Positions 59,945 to 62,000 of a stretch of DNA of 62,000 nucleotides are shown piece after piece. Position numbers and translations under genes: made by a program. The notes below the pieces were generated by a model that saw only the letters and a list, made by a program, of their open reading frames with translations, was not told the DNA's origin and did not search any database. Within the stretch, counting starts at the first letter, position 1. Every line of letters begins with the position of its first letter. Source of the DNA: Hyalangium minutum (GTDB lineage: Bacteria; Myxococcota; Myxococcia; Myxococcales; Myxococcaceae); the NCBI RefSeq assembly GCF_000737315.1, contig NZ_JMCB01000003.1, positions 20,001 to 82,000 of the forward strand, given 5' to 3'.

Positions 59945-61521
59945 TGGGAACCCCTGCCATGTCCCGACTGCTCGCACTCTTCGCCGTCGCCCTGGCTCCG
60001 CTCGCGGTGTCCGCGCAGGACCTCACGGCGTACAACCGCGCGCTCGCCGCCTTCAACGCGGGCGATCTCGACACCGCCGCGCCGCTCTTCTTCGAGACCT
60101 CCGAGCGCGCCACCGATCCCGAGACGAAGGGCAAGGCCGAGTACTACCTGGCGCAGACCTTCCAGAAGAAGGGTCTCCCGGTCAGCGCCTTCGTCACCTA
60201 CGCCGCCATCCTCAAGGCCGGCCCCAAGCACCCCTCGTACCTCAAGGCCGTCGAGGGGCTCGTGGACATTCAGCAGCAGCTCGATGAGCAGAACCTGATC
60301 CCCAGCCTCCTCAACCAGGCCTATACGGACGAGGTGCGCGATCAGTGGGTCACGCTGCCCCGAGAGGTGCTGGCGCGCATCAACTACCTGGTGGGCACCA
60401 TCAGCCACCGCCGCGGGCAGTTCGAGGAGGCCCGCTCCCTGCTCGAGGCCGTGCCGCCCGAGAGCCGCGTCTATGCCAAGGCGCAGTATCTGCTGGGCAT
60501 CGTCCTGGCCGATCCGCGCTTCCCGGGCCGCCCGGGTGAGGCCCACACGCTCGACAAGGCCGCACTCAATGCCTTCCAGATGGTGCTGAAGCAGAAGGGC
60601 GAGCGGCAGCTCGAGCTCAAGGAGACCCGTGAGCTGGCCATGCTGGGGCTCGGGCGTCTGCACTACGGCCGCGGGGAGTACAAGGAGTCGAGCGCCGCCT
60701 ACGAGAGCGTGCCGCGCTACTCGCGCTACTGGGACCAGGCCCTCTTCGAGAACGGCTTCTCCCGCTTCCAGAACGAGGACTTCGGCGGGGCGCTCGGGAG
60801 TCTCCAGGCGCTGCATGCGCCCCAGTTCGCCGGCGCTTTCCAGCCCGAGTCCTGGATCCTCAAGGCGACCGTCTACTACTACAGCTGCCTCTTCGACGAG
60901 GTGAAGACCACGCTCGCCGCCTACGACGAGGTGTACGGGCCCATGGCCAAGCAGCTCGAGCCCTTCACCGGCGAGGACATGGGGCTGATCCCCGCGTTCA
61001 ACCTCGTCTCCGCCTCGGAGAACCGGAAGCTGCCGCGTCCCGTGTACCTGTGGATCCGCAACAACGAGCGCATCCGCGAGGTGATGCGCGGCCTGGACAC
61101 CGTGGACAGCGAGAAGCGGGCCCTCGTCAACTCGGGTGCCTGGAAGGGGAGCGCGCTCGCGACGCAGACCGTGGCCTCCCTGGAGGATGTGCGCAACACG
61201 CTGCTTCAGGTGGGCGGCACGCTGGCTCGGAGCCGCCTGCGCGAGGCCGCGGACAACCTGCGCACCTTCTCGGACCAGGCGGAGATCATCCGCGTCCAGA
61301 CGGCGCTCGATCAGAAGGACTTGCTGCAGGCCGGCGTGGATCAGAAGGCCGTGCTCTCCCGCCAGTCGCTCTACCGGCCCGCCATGCCCGGGGCCGCCTG
61401 GAACTACTGGAAGTTCCAGGGCGAGTTCTGGATCGACGAGATCGGCTACTATCAGTACACGCTCAAGCGCGGCTGTCTGGCGAAGCCGGGCGAAGAGCGG
61501 ACCGAGGCGGGCTCGCAGTAA
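59944..61521 (+). CDS. nfsC: Exported TPR protein, NfsC/GltC-like
   Basis: Signal peptide; TPRs; WKFQGEFWIDEIGYYQYT C-terminus. Confidence 0.65.
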   Translation: MGTPAMSRLLALFAVALAPLAVSAQDLTAYNRALAAFNAGDLDTAAPLFFETSERATDPETKGKAEYYLAQTFQKKGLPVSAFVTYAAILKAGPKHPSYLKAVEGLVDIQQQLDEQNLIPSLLNQAYTDEVRDQWVTLPREVLARINYLVGTISHRRGQFEEARSLLEAVPPESRVYAKAQYLLGIVLADPRFPGRPGEAHTLDKAALNAFQMVLKQKGERQLELKETRELAMLGLGRLHYGRGEYKESSAAYESVPRYSRYWDQALFENGFSRFQNEDFGGALGSLQALHAPQFAGAFQPESWILKATVYYYSCLFDEVKTTLAAYDEVYGPMAKQLEPFTGEDMGLIPAFNLVSASENRKLPRPVYLWIRNNERIREVMRGLDTVDSEKRALVNSGAWKGSALATQTVASLEDVRNTLLQVGGTLARSRLREAADNLRTFSDQAEIIRVQTALDQKDLLQAGVDQKAVLSRQSLYRPAMPGAAWNYWKFQGEFWIDEIGYYQYTLKRGCLAKPGEERTEAGSQ

Positions 61522-61651
61522 GCCTGTCGGTGACGGACGCAGTTCGGAGGAACGGGGTGGGCCGAGGCGTTGGTGCACGCGCCGGGGCCGCCCCGTTTGC
61601 CTGTTCAGCCCCTGAAACCGACAGTGCCCTGTAGGGCGCATTCGTGCGTGT

Positions 61652-61667
61652 TGGCACGGTTGCAGCA
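61652..61667 (+). promoter_or_regulatory. Possible internal sigma54 promoter
   Basis: TGGCACG-GTTG-CAGCA (GG-N10-GC, imperfect -12), about 60 nt before the ATG. Confidence 0.4.
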
Positions 61668-61726
61668 CTTCTCATTCCAGGAGTGCGCGTCTACCTTCGG
61701 TCGTCCCTTCGATGGCAGGAGTTCGC

Positions 61727-62000
61727 ATGAAGGCGTTCCTTCGGTTTGGTGCGCTGGCTGTGGGCGTGGCGCTCACCGCCAGCGGGGTGGGCGAGGCGGC
61801 ACCGCCTAAAAAGGCGGTGGGGAAGAAGCCTGCGGCGGCGGCCAAGGCGGCTCCTGTCGGAAAGAAGACGGTGGAGAAGGCCTCCAAGGAGAAGGCGCCG
61901 TCCGCGGTGCCGGGTGCTCCCGAGGAGAAGCGCCGCAACGGTCCGGCCCGGGTGGCCCCCGCCAATGCCAAGTTCGCGGAGCTGCCGCGCATCGCCGACA
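61727..62000 (+). CDS. 5' part of an exported protein, likely NfsD/GltD-like (runs off the window)
   Basis: SD CAGGAG, signal peptide MKAFLRFGALAVGVALTASG and Lys/Ala/Pro linker; identity inferred from operon position. Confidence 0.55.
   Translation, partial: MKAFLRFGALAVGVALTASGVGEAAPPKKAVGKKPAAAAKAAPVGKKTVEKASKEKAPSAVPGAPEEKRRNGPARVAPANAKFAELPRIAD

Overview
High-GC myxobacterial (Cystobacterineae-like) chromosome segment. The gene order resembles, from memory, the Myxococcus xanthus selA / rluD / sigB / nfs region. Core genes are dNK, psuG, several histidine and Ser/Thr kinases, ABC-F, selA, a MinD-like ATPase, RluD, an RpoH-family sigma (SigB-like), a MoxR-DUF58-transglutaminase trio, two lytic transglycosylases, a stand-alone rplC and the start of an nfs/glt-type operon. 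Accessory inserts lie between them. The most striking feature is a full-length bacterial homologue of the eukaryotic major vault protein (36217-38538). It has repeat, shoulder, cap-helix and cap-ring regions but apparently lacks repeats R4-R5, and is flanked by a sensor-less histidine kinase and a small unknown ORF. Other notable items: a lipoprotein with 13 knottin-like C-C-CC-C-C modules, three tandem orphan CheB genes, a catalytically degenerate sigma54 activator, a yybP-ykoY Mn riboswitch, an ATP-grasp/metallopeptidase pair, two lipoprotein toxin-immunity-like cassettes, an aquaporin-ArsC fusion relic and several sigma54 promoters. No tRNA, rRNA, CRISPR array or transposase was recognised. 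All family assignments come from motif recognition, not database searches.
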